The notes below the pieces were generated by a model. It was not told the origin of the DNA. It worked only from the letters and a program-made list of their open reading frames with translations, and searched no databases. The position numbers and the translations under genes were made by a program. 64,000 nucleotides of DNA, taken from the NCBI GenBank assembly GCA_000004985.1, contig GG738893.1; one strand, given 5' to 3'. This document shows positions 54,869 through 64,000 of the stretch, one piece after another (the first letter of the stretch is position 1; each line of letters opens with the position of its first letter). Origin of the DNA: Naegleria gruberi (Eukaryota).

Positions 54869-55621
54869 TTATTTTTCTGATAATTGTAATTGATTATTAC
54901 TCAATTCATCCTTCTTTGCAAAATACCAATCAGGAAGATTTGAAATGCTCTCTTCAGCAAATCCATTTCCCTCCAAAATATCAATAACTTTTTGCTGAAC
55001 TTGTTTTGCATCGAGATTATTGACATTAATACATGCCAATTTCTTTCCACTCAATACTACATTATTGACCTGGTCGAATCGGTACTTTAAATAATAGGCC
55101 CACATTAAGGAATCAAACAGATTGGAAAATTCCTTATATTCCCTCTTCTTTGTTGACCTTTCCCATCTCCTCTTTTTTGCTACCTCCTTATCTGTGGTAT
55201 CCAAATAGATTACAATATCAAAGTGCTTATCAATTATTGGTTTTTCACAACATGACAAGTACCCTTCAACAATCAAATATTGCTTATTTTTACAAATTTC
55301 CAATTCCTTCACAATTTCATTCTCAAATTTTACAAAATCAACAGATTCTACACATTCCATATTTCCCTTCAATTCCTGTTTCAATTCTTCAAATGGTTTG
55401 CTTCTACATTGATCTTGACAGATAGAATTTGTGTCATACTTTTTACGCAAATATCTACTCAAGGTTGTCTTTCTAAAATCATCATCATTCCGAATATTTT
55501 CAAGAGATATTCCTCATCAAAAACATTCGATTAGTCAATTAACTTACCCTGAAGAAGTGGATCCACAGATGCAAATCACAACTGGTCGACTCGTACTACT
55601 ACTATTGTTGAATCCTTCCAT
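54869..55621 (-). CDS. nicotinamide-riboside kinase / uridine-kinase-like P-loop kinase. Exons 55548..55621 and 54869..55472
   Basis: A 75-bp GTAAGT..TTTTAG intron (55473..55547) joins MEGFNNSSSTSRPVVICICGSTSSG|KTTLSRYLRKKY, giving the P-loop GSTSSGKTTL. Downstream, YLIVEGYLSCCEKPIIDKHFDIVIYLDTTDKEVAKKRRWER...MWAYYLKYR parallels NRK1 ([39 protein letters not shown]...VWPMYLKYR). Confidence 0.7.
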
Positions 55622-55874
55622 TTTTTTTACGTATTTTCTAAATTTAAAGTTCAAATTCAAACATGAAAAACGTTAGATGATGTTTCAAGTTCAGTCAATT
55701 ACAATAATCGACAAATTGAATGTTGTTAGGATTCGAATATGTTTTCATCAATGGTATTGTAAAATGAATAATATTTAATATTATTTAAGATTTAAGATTA
55801 CGCTTCTCATTAAGATTGCAATTTTCAACTATGCTATTAATAACCTCAAACACAGAAGAAAAATTGAAGAGAGA

Positions 55875-56519
55875 TTGAGACAGAAGAGAATGGGAAAATA
55901 TTATGCTGTTCATAAGGGTAGAACACCTGGAATTTACTTTTCCTGGGAAGATTGCAAGAAACAAGTGGAGGGTTATCCAGGCAATGTCTACAAATGCTTC
56001 CCAACCGTTGCTGTGGCTGAGCTATTTGCCAAGAAGGGTCCATTGAAGTATAAACTAGCAGTAAGGACACTTCTTCATCGAGATGCATGGGTCATTTCGA
56101 GTGATGATGAAGATGAGTATATTAACAGTTGCAATGCTGTGAATAAGAACAATAAGAAGGATGATAAGGAAAGTAAAGAAACTACACTGGCTTCATCCAA
56201 TCCCGATAATATTAATAACAGTAACAATAGTGATCAAAAGATGAATAATACTCCAAGCAATAATAATGTTAACTCCAATAACAATAATAATAATAGTGAG
56301 AAAGATGATAATAGACCACCTATTTGCCAATTTTACATGTCACAAAGAGGATGTCGGTTTGGAGATAATTGCAGATTCTATCATCCTCCAAATGATGATT
56401 CTCCTGAACAATGTTATGATGATTCCGATTCCGATGATAGTGATGATGTACCATTGTGTGTCTATTGGCAAAGAGGATATTGTGGAAGGGGCAATTGTTG
56501 TCCATTCTATCATGATTAG
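55875..56519 (+). CDS. protein with an RNase-H1-type hybrid-binding domain (Cauli_VI/HBD), an N-rich linker, and two CCCH zinc fingers
   Basis: The HBD reads MGKYYAVHKGRTPGIYFSWEDCKKQVEGYPGNVYKCFPTVAVAELF (compare RNase H1 N-terminus [44 protein letters not shown]). The C3H1 fingers are CQFYMSQRGCRFGDNCRFYH and CVYWQRGYCGRGNCCPFYH. No RNase H catalytic domain is present. Confidence 0.7.
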   Translation: MRQKRMGKYYAVHKGRTPGIYFSWEDCKKQVEGYPGNVYKCFPTVAVAELFAKKGPLKYKLAVRTLLHRDAWVISSDDEDEYINSCNAVNKNNKKDDKESKETTLASSNPDNINNSNNSDQKMNNTPSNNNVNSNNNNNNSEKDDNRPPICQFYMSQRGCRFGDNCRFYHPPNDDSPEQCYDDSDSDDSDDVPLCVYWQRGYCGRGNCCPFYHD

Positions 56520-57657
56520 ACATCTTAGTATGTGCACCTTAATATGCAAGCTCAGTACCTTAGCGTTGCAGGATCCATAATTCAGAAATTCCATAGGCCT
56601 CTCTTTACACAAGTGCCATCCTACTCATTGAATATGTTTATAAACTAAAAATCAACATTTGAAATTCCTACATTACAACTAAATCTCTTCTTTATTTAGG
56701 TTTCAAAAGTATTGGAATTCTTGAGTTTCCCATTAAGAAATACCATTCAGATTTGAAAGATTACGGTAAGGTGTTAGCTGCGATTCTTCCATTCATTGAA
56801 TAATTTGAAATGATAACTGTTGAATATTTTGTAAAATATCATATCAGGAAATGCTAATTCAAGAGTGTGATACAGAATGTTATCAATTGAAATCAAACCT
56901 AATGTTTACATCAATTTGTATTGAGTTTTTAAGTGTATATGTTGTAAGTATTTGTAATACATTGTAAAAATGATATTCGTATAAAAGTTATGATGTTTCA
57001 AACAAGGAAATTTCATTTTAGTATTGTCCAAAGATTCTTAATGTCCAATAATAGTGGTCTTTAAAAGATTTTTCCTCTATGAAAGAACATTATGGACACA
57101 TATCCGTGTCTTGTCATCCTAATTGCCCAACTAATTTTTGTGTGATCTGAATCCTAACCATTCAAGTACACGCTCAATCGTTTCAATGAACACTAACCTA
57201 GTTACTCCTCAATGAATTTCATTACTTCTCCATTCAACTTTCCCCCATTCGTTCACCAAATTTACTAACTTGTCATTGAGGCATCTTATCTCGATAGGTT
57301 TTTTGTATGTTTTTAGATAGATTCGCTGCAAACTCTCATGATTGCTTCAAAGCCGACTCAAACCGAATGTTTTTACATTCTCTCTTAATAGAAGAATTTC
57401 ATGAAATGATGCAATCAAATAAAAAAACCTTGCCGCCACAATACACCATTAAAAATCAACTTGAAAAAAAACAACACAAACCCATCAACAACTATCACCA
57501 CCATAAATTGATCCATTTAAACCTCAATTGGACATCCATCACACTGCTATTGAGAGAGACGCACAACACTGAACAACAACAATTGAATAAGAATTGACGT
57601 AAATCTCTCTTCAGCATTATCAACATTGGAAAAAAACGAAACTCTTAATCATTATTA

Positions 57658-59466
57658 ATGGGACAACGGTTATCAATTAATACGACAGGTAGCTTTTCGA
57701 TATCGAGTATTGGAAATTTAATACCAGACTCGGAGGTTAGTCAGAGTGATAATCGTGAGGAGGATCAACGACCACCACGAATCATCTCTGAGGAAGAACG
57801 ACAAAACACAGTAAGGCTCAAATTACTGAAAGCTAATATTGTAGCAGCTGCTGCAACGACTCGGTCTGGAACAGCATGTTCAGCCTCTCCTCAGAGTTTT
57901 AGAAGGAGAGCTGCTAGTGATTATGGAATTCATGGAAAACAATCATCACATTCAACGGATGACATGACAATATCAGGATATAAGGATGAACAAACTGCTC
58001 TCTTGTTGGAAAAGATGAAACACATTCCTCCAATTCAGGAATTTGTGGAGCAAATGAGTAATGAAGAAAAACTATTGAAATCATATTTGGACTATAGTTG
58101 GGTTTCAACAGTCGCCATTATTGAGAGGTCTGTATCAGAGAGTATGAGATTTCTTGCTAAGGGTATTGGTGACTTTTTTAATGTTGCCATCAATGAGATG
58201 CATTTAAAAACTCGAGATTCGAATAGTGATGAAGACGGAGATGTAATGAACTCTATGGAATTGAATCCATACGTTGAAGTTAAGCTTCTCATAGTTCCTT
58301 ATATACATCTGAATGAAGGATCCAGTTTCAGCACAGTCAGTTTTCCAGTTCTGGATCATTTTCCTGTAGACACAGAGGAAGATGCCCAGACTGGCAAGAA
58401 ACTTGACCCTCAAAGATTTACATTCTCAAGACCTTCTCGTTTCACTCTCGCTCTTGTAGTAGGTCCTTGGTTGCTCTTCTTTGATCCTTTAACGAATTTG
58501 ATCATTCCAAAGAAGCTGTACGGTATGGCAAAGATAATGGCATCAGGTCTCCCAGAACTTTTCATCACAAAGCAACGAAACAAACTTACAGAGAAACTTG
58601 CCTCATGCATTGTTTCTTGGAACACATCTAAATTGTACAGGACCGATGAAGATATTTTCTCTCGGCACTCACACCCTAACGTTTACGGAAATGGTATTGA
58701 TTTTATTGAAGATTTTATTCGAAATCAATTGAATATTGATTACACAACATTTCCAACTGTAAAATATTTTACCACATTCCTTGATAATATTAAACATCAA
58801 GGATGGTCACCCTTAGTAGTTGATTTGAATAGTGAACTGATGGAGAAGTATGGCAGTTTCATTGAAGCTAAGGATGAAGTAACAGAAAGAGGTAAACGAA
58901 CACTATTTGAATTCACTTCACATGAACAACTCGATAATATGGTGAAAGAAATGATGCTCAGTGACTTGATGAATCACAATCCAATGACAGCCACTGACAT
59001 TTTTAAGGAAACTAAAGAGGTTTCACACTTTTTTGTTGACGTTTTAAAGTTAATGGATAGAGCTTGGTGGATGAGTCATCTATTTGATATCAATGAAGAA
59101 AACCCAGAGCTGTCAGAACCATGTAAAGGACATCACCATTCAGCAATAGCCACTAAGATTACAGATAGCTCCCCTAAGCATGTGAAACAAACCAGAGACA
59201 CTATTGGTCTTCTTGGATGTCCATTTGCTCATCCAATTCCTGACTATGAGAAACTTTTAGAGTGTTACCCGAGACGAAAGAAGAAACGCATGACTTGCTC
59301 CTCTCCAACAAAATCCCCTTCAAGATCTCCTCGCTCAGTATCACCACGTTCTCCTAGATCCCCTCAAACACCTCAATCTCCATATCCTTCCTCCTATGCA
59401 TCACCCTCATCACTACAAGTGCCCAAAAACGATAAGAGACGACATAATTCTGCCACACTAAGGTAG
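57658..59466 (+). CDS. hypothetical protein with an N-myristoylation-type start (MGQRLS) and an SP-rich C-terminus
   Basis: 602-aa ORF. MGxxxS at the N-terminus. The C-terminus reads SSPTKSPSRSPRSVSPRSPRSPQTPQSPYPSSYASPSS (proline-directed phospho-site-like). The middle region has no recognised domain. Confidence 0.4.
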   Translation: MGQRLSINTTGSFSISSIGNLIPDSEVSQSDNREEDQRPPRIISEEERQNTVRLKLLKANIVAAAATTRSGTACSASPQSFRRRAASDYGIHGKQSSHSTDDMTISGYKDEQTALLLEKMKHIPPIQEFVEQMSNEEKLLKSYLDYSWVSTVAIIERSVSESMRFLAKGIGDFFNVAINEMHLKTRDSNSDEDGDVMNSMELNPYVEVKLLIVPYIHLNEGSSFSTVSFPVLDHFPVDTEEDAQTGKKLDPQRFTFSRPSRFTLALVVGPWLLFFDPLTNLIIPKKLYGMAKIMASGLPELFITKQRNKLTEKLASCIVSWNTSKLYRTDEDIFSRHSHPNVYGNGIDFIEDFIRNQLNIDYTTFPTVKYFTTFLDNIKHQGWSPLVVDLNSELMEKYGSFIEAKDEVTERGKRTLFEFTSHEQLDNMVKEMMLSDLMNHNPMTATDIFKETKEVSHFFVDVLKLMDRAWWMSHLFDINEENPELSEPCKGHHHSAIATKITDSSPKHVKQTRDTIGLLGCPFAHPIPDYEKLLECYPRRKKKRMTCSSPTKSPSRSPRSVSPRSPRSPQTPQSPYPSSYASPSSLQVPKNDKRRHNSATLR

Positions 59467-59502
59467 AATTAATTTCACACACAAGATTGAATTCATGGTA
59501 TT

Positions 59503-60438
59503 TCAATAAAATAAATTATTGTTGTGGTTTACTAGTAGTAGCAGCAGCAGCAGTAGTAGTAGTGTACCGTTGGTTGGAATTGGCTTTGGTGGGAGTGGAC
59601 CTTGTATTTGGACACCAGCAAAGTAATTAGCGTTATATTTGATGTATGTCAAAACCGATTCGAAAACACCTGGAATTAAAAAGTTAATATAAACAACATA
59701 GGATGTTGGATGTTTGTCATTGAGCAATGGTTGAATTTTATCCTCGTTAAGAACATTTCCCGAGAATGAAGGTACTTGTGTTTGTAAATATTTCAACATT
59801 TCACTCCACACAATTGTCTTTGGAATGGTAAAACGACCAAAGCAGACAGGTTGTCTTTCTTGTGGTGTTGTTGATTCAGTAGTTGGAACAGCTGTGACTG
59901 TTTGTTGAACAGATTGCATTGTTTGTTGAGCATATGTTGGTTGAGTTACAACTTGTTGTGGAAGTTGTAATTCTTGTTGTGGATTGGTGTTTGCTGGAAT
60001 GGTTACAATATTTGGATGGTGTACCTTCTTGTGATGTTGTCCTCCTCTGTGATGACTTCCTCCTCTGGTACTTTGATTGTTGTGAACTCTATTGTTAGTA
60101 GAAGTAGTAGAAGTTTGTTGATGATTACCTCCTCTAGAATTGGTAGTAGTAGTTGTAGTGGTAGTAGTATTATTAATATGATGATTACCAACTCTTCCAC
60201 CTCTATTTCCTCTTCCTCTTCCTCGGTTATTATTTCCACCTCTTCCCTTGTTATGATGATGGTGTTGTTGATTACCAGTAGTAAAGGAAGCAGCAGTGCT
60301 TGTAGTTGGAGCTTGTTCTTGAGTTTCAACAGTGGTAGCAACAGCAGCAGTAGTAGTAGCGGTTGTTGTTTCTTGTGTTGTGTTATTGTTCTCTTCTGGC
60401 GCTCTCATTTTTGTGTGGATTTTTTTCAAAAAGTTCAA
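59503..60438 (-). CDS. T/N-rich and RGG-box protein with a C-terminal ~90-aa folded region, hypothetical
   Basis: GRGGNNNRGRGRGNRGGR (RGG box), poly-T, His-rich stretches. The C-terminus reads PVCFGRFTIPKTIVWSEMLKYLQTQVP...YVVYINFLIPGVFESVLTYIKYNANYFAGVQIQG. The 3' end runs into a (CTA/CTG)n poly-Leu microsatellite, so the true stop or splice is uncertain. Confidence 0.35.
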   Translation of the reverse strand: MNFLKKIHTKMRAPEENNNTTQETTTATTTAAVATTVETQEQAPTTSTAASFTTGNQQHHHHNKGRGGNNNRGRGRGNRGGRVGNHHINNTTTTTTTTTNSRGGNHQQTSTTSTNNRVHNNQSTRGGSHHRGGQHHKKVHHPNIVTIPANTNPQQELQLPQQVVTQPTYAQQTMQSVQQTVTAVPTTESTTPQERQPVCFGRFTIPKTIVWSEMLKYLQTQVPSFSGNVLNEDKIQPLLNDKHPTSYVVYINFLIPGVFESVLTYIKYNANYFAGVQIQGPLPPKPIPTNGTLLLLLLLLLLVNHNNNLFY

Positions 60439-60885
60439 AATATTCTTGTTTTACAATTTTAATTTTTTTAAAATTTGCAATGATGACACACAATATGACC
60501 CGAGTTGAAGGTGAATTAGGTGCTACTGAAAGGAGTTTGGATGATGAGCAATTGAAAAATGTTTTTTGGGATTTTTTTAATAAGATGACGATTTTATGAA
60601 TTGATGGTTCAGTTTCAAAATGAACAGGATATTTTGGAGTGTTGGGATTGAAGGGACTTTTGCCGTGAAAAACATTACAAAAATGAGGTGGAATTTGATT
60701 CGCTTTCAAAAACAGAATTTTATTGTAAAGTCAACGATTGGGAAGAATTAAGTTATTGAATCAATGAAGCTAATTCTCATGTAACAACCACACTCAAACA
60801 ATTTTTCAACAATCTTTCATCACACTTCTTTCCAATGGTTTATATCTTATCCAAAATTGAAGTATTAGATAAAATAAATTAAATT

Positions 60886-62983
60886 TTAATGCTTGTTGTT
60901 AAATTTACACTTAATGAGATATCTCAAATTGGCTTGGGCAGTATCGTAGATAATAAATTCATTGTACAACAATGAACCACTTCTTTGAACTTGTGTTGGT
61001 TTACCAAGTGGAACTTTAATCTTTTGACCACTACAACTAGAATCAATTTCCAAAAATTCATTATTATCTGGTTCAGTTCTACCTTGACCCCAACATGAAT
61101 GTAAATCTTTTGGCAATTTAGTAACAAATTCAGCTTGAGTTCTATTATAAGTATTACCCAAAGCAACTTCAGTAAGTAAAAGCAAACCACTATTGTTTGA
61201 CAAGTGAGCATGACAATAGTTTGCTGACTTACTACACATATCAGCAAAGTAAACACCCTTACCAACTATTAAATAATAATAAATTAACTTTGAAATAACT
61301 TGAATAACTTGAAACTTACACATATAACCAGTAGCTGGAGCTTCAGGAGGAGCAATTCTCAAACCTTGAGAAAGGATACCAACAAAGTTTGTACTTCTAG
61401 AACCGTGGAAAAGAAGTTGCTTATTACTAATACTATCACTCTTAGCAACATATTTTTCTGTTTCACCATGTCTATTAACAACGAAAGCATCTTCTAATTC
61501 AAGAGTATAATAAGAGTGAGTTGGAGCGTGAGTATTTTGAATAAATTTGTTAATCCACTTCCATTCTTCAGAATCCTTAGCAATTGGTGTAATATCAGTC
61601 TTCAAATCACTATAAATTGAATCAACAATATTGACATCTGACTTTTTAGAAATAATCTTAGAGGCAATTTCAAGTTCACTTAATGATTCAACTAACTTGA
61701 TCTTTTGTTCCAATTGTGTCTTGGTTCTAATAACTATTTTTAAAATTAATTATCATCATTTAAAAAGTGATATTAAATAATAATAACTTACTTGGTGGAA
61801 CTTGTCTATGTCCAAATTGATGAGGAATAATAGTGTAGAATCTTGATGAAAGTGATTCCAAATCATCATCATCATTTTTACCATCAATTACATCTTGAAT
61901 CTTTTTAAGAACTTCATAACCACCTTGAACTTGTTTCTTTGAAAGTTTACCAAGTGGCATCTTATTTGTATCAATTTCAAATTCACGTAAAGTTTGATCA
62001 ATAAAAGATTTGTTACTGATAAATTTAACTAAATCTTGAACTCTAGAATCAAGTTTAGATTCTACAACCTTCTTTTCTTTCTTTTCTTCCTTAGCTTCAT
62101 CATCTTCTTCTTCTTTTTCATCATCATTATCTTCACTATAATCAATTTCTACAAAATCATATTTTCCATTCTTAAATTTGAATGAAGATCTCTTTGACCA
62201 TTCATTACCAGTCTTATCTTTAAACTTTTTAGCAAAGTCATCTTTAGCTTTTTGTAAACTAGCCATCTTTGATAACTTAGATTGTCCTTTTGCAGAAACT
62301 CTACCCCATCTATTAAAAACATAGTATGAAGATCCACTTTCAATCAATTGGATAATATAGAATTTGTTATTATTATTTCCAATATTTGTTTGATTGAGAG
62401 TAGCACTCCAAATATCATTTCCTTCAATATAAACTTTACCAGAAGTTTGCATACCAGATTCTAATAATTAGAATAAATTATTTTGTTAATTAATTAAATA
62501 ATTTTCGTGAACATACCTTCATCAACAGGAACTTTACCAGTTGAAACAACCTTCTTCTTCTTAGAGGCTGGTTCTTCAACCTTTTCTTCTTCTTCTTCCT
62601 CTTCCTCCTCTTCTTCTTCCTCATCTTCTTCTTCAGCCTTTCTCTTCTTTGAAACCTTCAATTCAAATGATGCAGAGTCAAGCCTTTGTTAAAATGGAGA
62701 TAAATTCCATCAATGATCATCATAATTATACCTACAATTTTTCTTGTTCAGCCGATTGATTAATAAAATCACTATTAACAACTTTAATTTTCTTAGTAAA
62801 GGCTGATTTGACTGTAGCTCCATTTTCATTGACAGCCTTCTCTGTAGTAACCAAATAATTGGTATCATTCTTTACGGATTTGTGAATTGTACCTCCTTCT
62901 TCTTCGATCAATTCAACAAGTTTGGATTTTTCACCTCCGTTGATGCCAACAAAAGCAAAGTTCAAATCATCAAATATACCCAT
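60886..62983 (-). CDS. poly(ADP-ribose) polymerase, PARP1-type core (BRCT, acidic/NLS linker, WGR, helical domain, catalytic) but lacking N-terminal zinc fingers. Five exons: 62736..62983, 62517..62683, 61792..62460, 61320..61733, 60886..61265
   Basis: BRCT: MGIFDDLNFAFVGINGGEKSKLVELIEEEGG...TNYLVTT. Linker: KKRKAEEEDEEEEEEEE...KKKK. WGR: GKVYIEGNDIWSATLNQTNIGNNNNKFYIIQLIE..YYVFNRWGRVSAKGQ (compare PARP1 [28 protein letters not shown]...YWIFRSWGRVGT). HD: [22 protein letters not shown]...SSRFYTIIPHQFG (compare [22 protein letters not shown]...SNRFYTLIPHDFG). CAT: LLFHGSRSTNFVGILSQGLRIAPPEAPATGYM|FGKGVYFADMCSKSANYC...LLLLTEVALGNTY...LLYNEFIIYDTAQANLRYLIKCKF (H-G-S ... Y ... E triad). Introns are 52, 56, 58 and 54 bp (GTAGGT/GTATGT/GTAAGT ... 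TAG). Confidence 0.85.
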
Positions 62984-63720
62984 CTTCTTTTTAATTGTTG
63001 TTGCTTAACTTTTTTTCTTTAGTTGTTGTTCTTGTCAAAATGACGCGATCACTCCATGTTTATGAATGACGAGAAATCATCAACTTGCTGGAAAGATGGT
63101 GAAAAAAAAGTGGCGCCATTCCAATCATGTTCTGATATTGTAAATGGATAACTTTTACGCGCATCTCTACGGACATTAAGGGAATTTACTTGAATATTTT
63201 GTTGTTGTTTTACATGTTTAATTTACTTGCTTGATTTTGTTTAATTCAAGACATGAAAGTGCAAACAAATTCCATTGGTGGTAGTACATCAATTTAATTA
63301 CATTTTTTGTTGTTTTGCCAGATCGTGAGATGAAAATTTTAAGGATTTGGCAATTATTGAATAAAGACTTGATGTTATTTGAAAAGATTTCAAAGTTGGC
63401 TCAATCTTCAGCTAATTATCAAAAGATTGTTGTTTGATTTCTTGTGTTGTTTCAAAATAAAGTACTTTAAAACACAAAAAAGTTGTTTTGCCAAATTGCT
63501 TAAAATCATGTGCGAAGCCAATCTCCAGACGTGGCAATTGAGAATTGAAATGAATCTATTTATTTGCTAAACATAATACTTACAGTTTTAATACAGAACT
63601 ATTAACTGAGTCAACTGTTAGATATTAAATACCAAGCAAATTCTTTTGATAATCTGAGGTTAGTAGTATGCTAAAATGAATGCCACACGATGAAATACCT
63701 TAATTATACCAAAATAACAA

Positions 63721-63809
63721 GGGCGGTTAGCTCAGCGGTAGAGCACCGGATTGCAAAGTTAATTGCAGCAGACATCCGATGGTCACGTGTTCGATCCACG
63801 TACCACCCT
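63721..63809 (+). tRNA. tRNA-Cys(GCA): tRNA-Cys (anticodon GCA) with a ~17-nt intron 3' of the anticodon
   Basis: GGGCGGT-TA-GCTC-AGCGGTA-GAGC-A-CCGGA-TTGCAAA-[gttaattgcagcagaca]-TCCGA-TGGTC-ACGTG-TTCGATC-CACGT-ACCACCC-T. D and T arms are canonical and U33 is present. The intron contains TGC complementary to anticodon GCA. One C4:A69 mismatch in the acceptor stem lowers confidence. Discriminator is U. Confidence 0.6.
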
Positions 63810-64000
63810 TCCTTTTACTGCCACTTCCTATAATAATTTGCCAATAGATCAATACTATTTTTTGTTGCCTTTAGTGCAGCATCCACTGCCTCGGTCACTG
63901 TTTTCATATTCACTGAAGGCTCTTTCATTTTATCAAGTCTTGATTTAGAAATTTGCAAGTAATTGAGAGCTGCCTTAGCATGTTGGGAATATTGTTACGT

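Noticed and set aside
63822-63995. Partial minus-strand ORF at the window end (…QYSQHAKAALNYLQISKSRLDKMKEPSVNMKTVTEAVDAALKATKNSIDLLANYYRKWQ*)
   Set aside because: It is truncated by the window edge and begins after a stop (probably a terminal exon). It is too little to assign and overlaps the tRNA's 3' flank on the other strand.
1-64000. Prokaryotic operon or defence-island interpretation of the window
   Set aside because: Canonical GTAAGT...AG introns split conserved domains. There is a 5S gene with a Pol III terminator, an intron-containing tRNA, CAAX and myristoylation signals, and metazoan families (BTG/Tob, PARP1, spastin). The locus is eukaryotic nuclear.

Overview
This window is eukaryotic nuclear DNA from a draft assembly, not a prokaryotic locus. 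It is AT-rich (roughly 32-36% GC by eye) and contains three N-gaps. I count about 40 protein-coding genes on both strands, packed 0.1-1 kb apart. Most carry 1-4 very short spliceosomal introns (39-140 bp, almost always GTAAGT ... A/T-rich ... (T/A)AG), which I located by hand from frame continuity and homology. There is also a solitary 5S rRNA gene and an intron-containing tRNA-Cys(GCA).

Gene content is metazoan-like: BTG/Tob, a PARP1-type BRCT-WGR-HD-CAT enzyme, spastin-type AAA ATPase, an NHL-repeat/tenascin-type-EGF receptor kinase, OARD1/TARG1, PLC, NBR1-like, 7TM-RGS, and five F-box-like proteins. Many proteins have poly-N/Q/S/T tracts. The short introns and AT richness resemble rotifer-like invertebrate genomes, but the taxon cannot be fixed from sequence alone.

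Interspersed among the ordinary genes are several genes of bacterial type:
- an intronless YqjM-class Old Yellow Enzyme;
- a full-length radical-SAM RlmN/Cfr rRNA methyltransferase with an added presequence and one 53-bp intron;
- a protein built from about 10 tandem SHOCT motifs;
- a PRiA4-ORF3 domain fused to a MYND finger.
These are horizontal-transfer candidates.

Other notable loci:
- a head-to-head paralog pair of type II membrane proteins with a conserved intron position;
- a tandemly duplicated coiled-coil/SPRY-like family whose copies coincide with the assembly gaps;
- a secreted protein that is about 45% Lys+Arg;
- a DCX-F-box-SPRY protein;
- an RNase-H1-type hybrid-binding domain fused to two CCCH fingers;
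- an F-box-like extension on a CAAX-terminated Ras GTPase with a putative 9-nt micro-exon.

All domain calls come from motif recognition by eye. Exon boundaries are hand-derived and should be checked with RNA-seq or spliced alignment.
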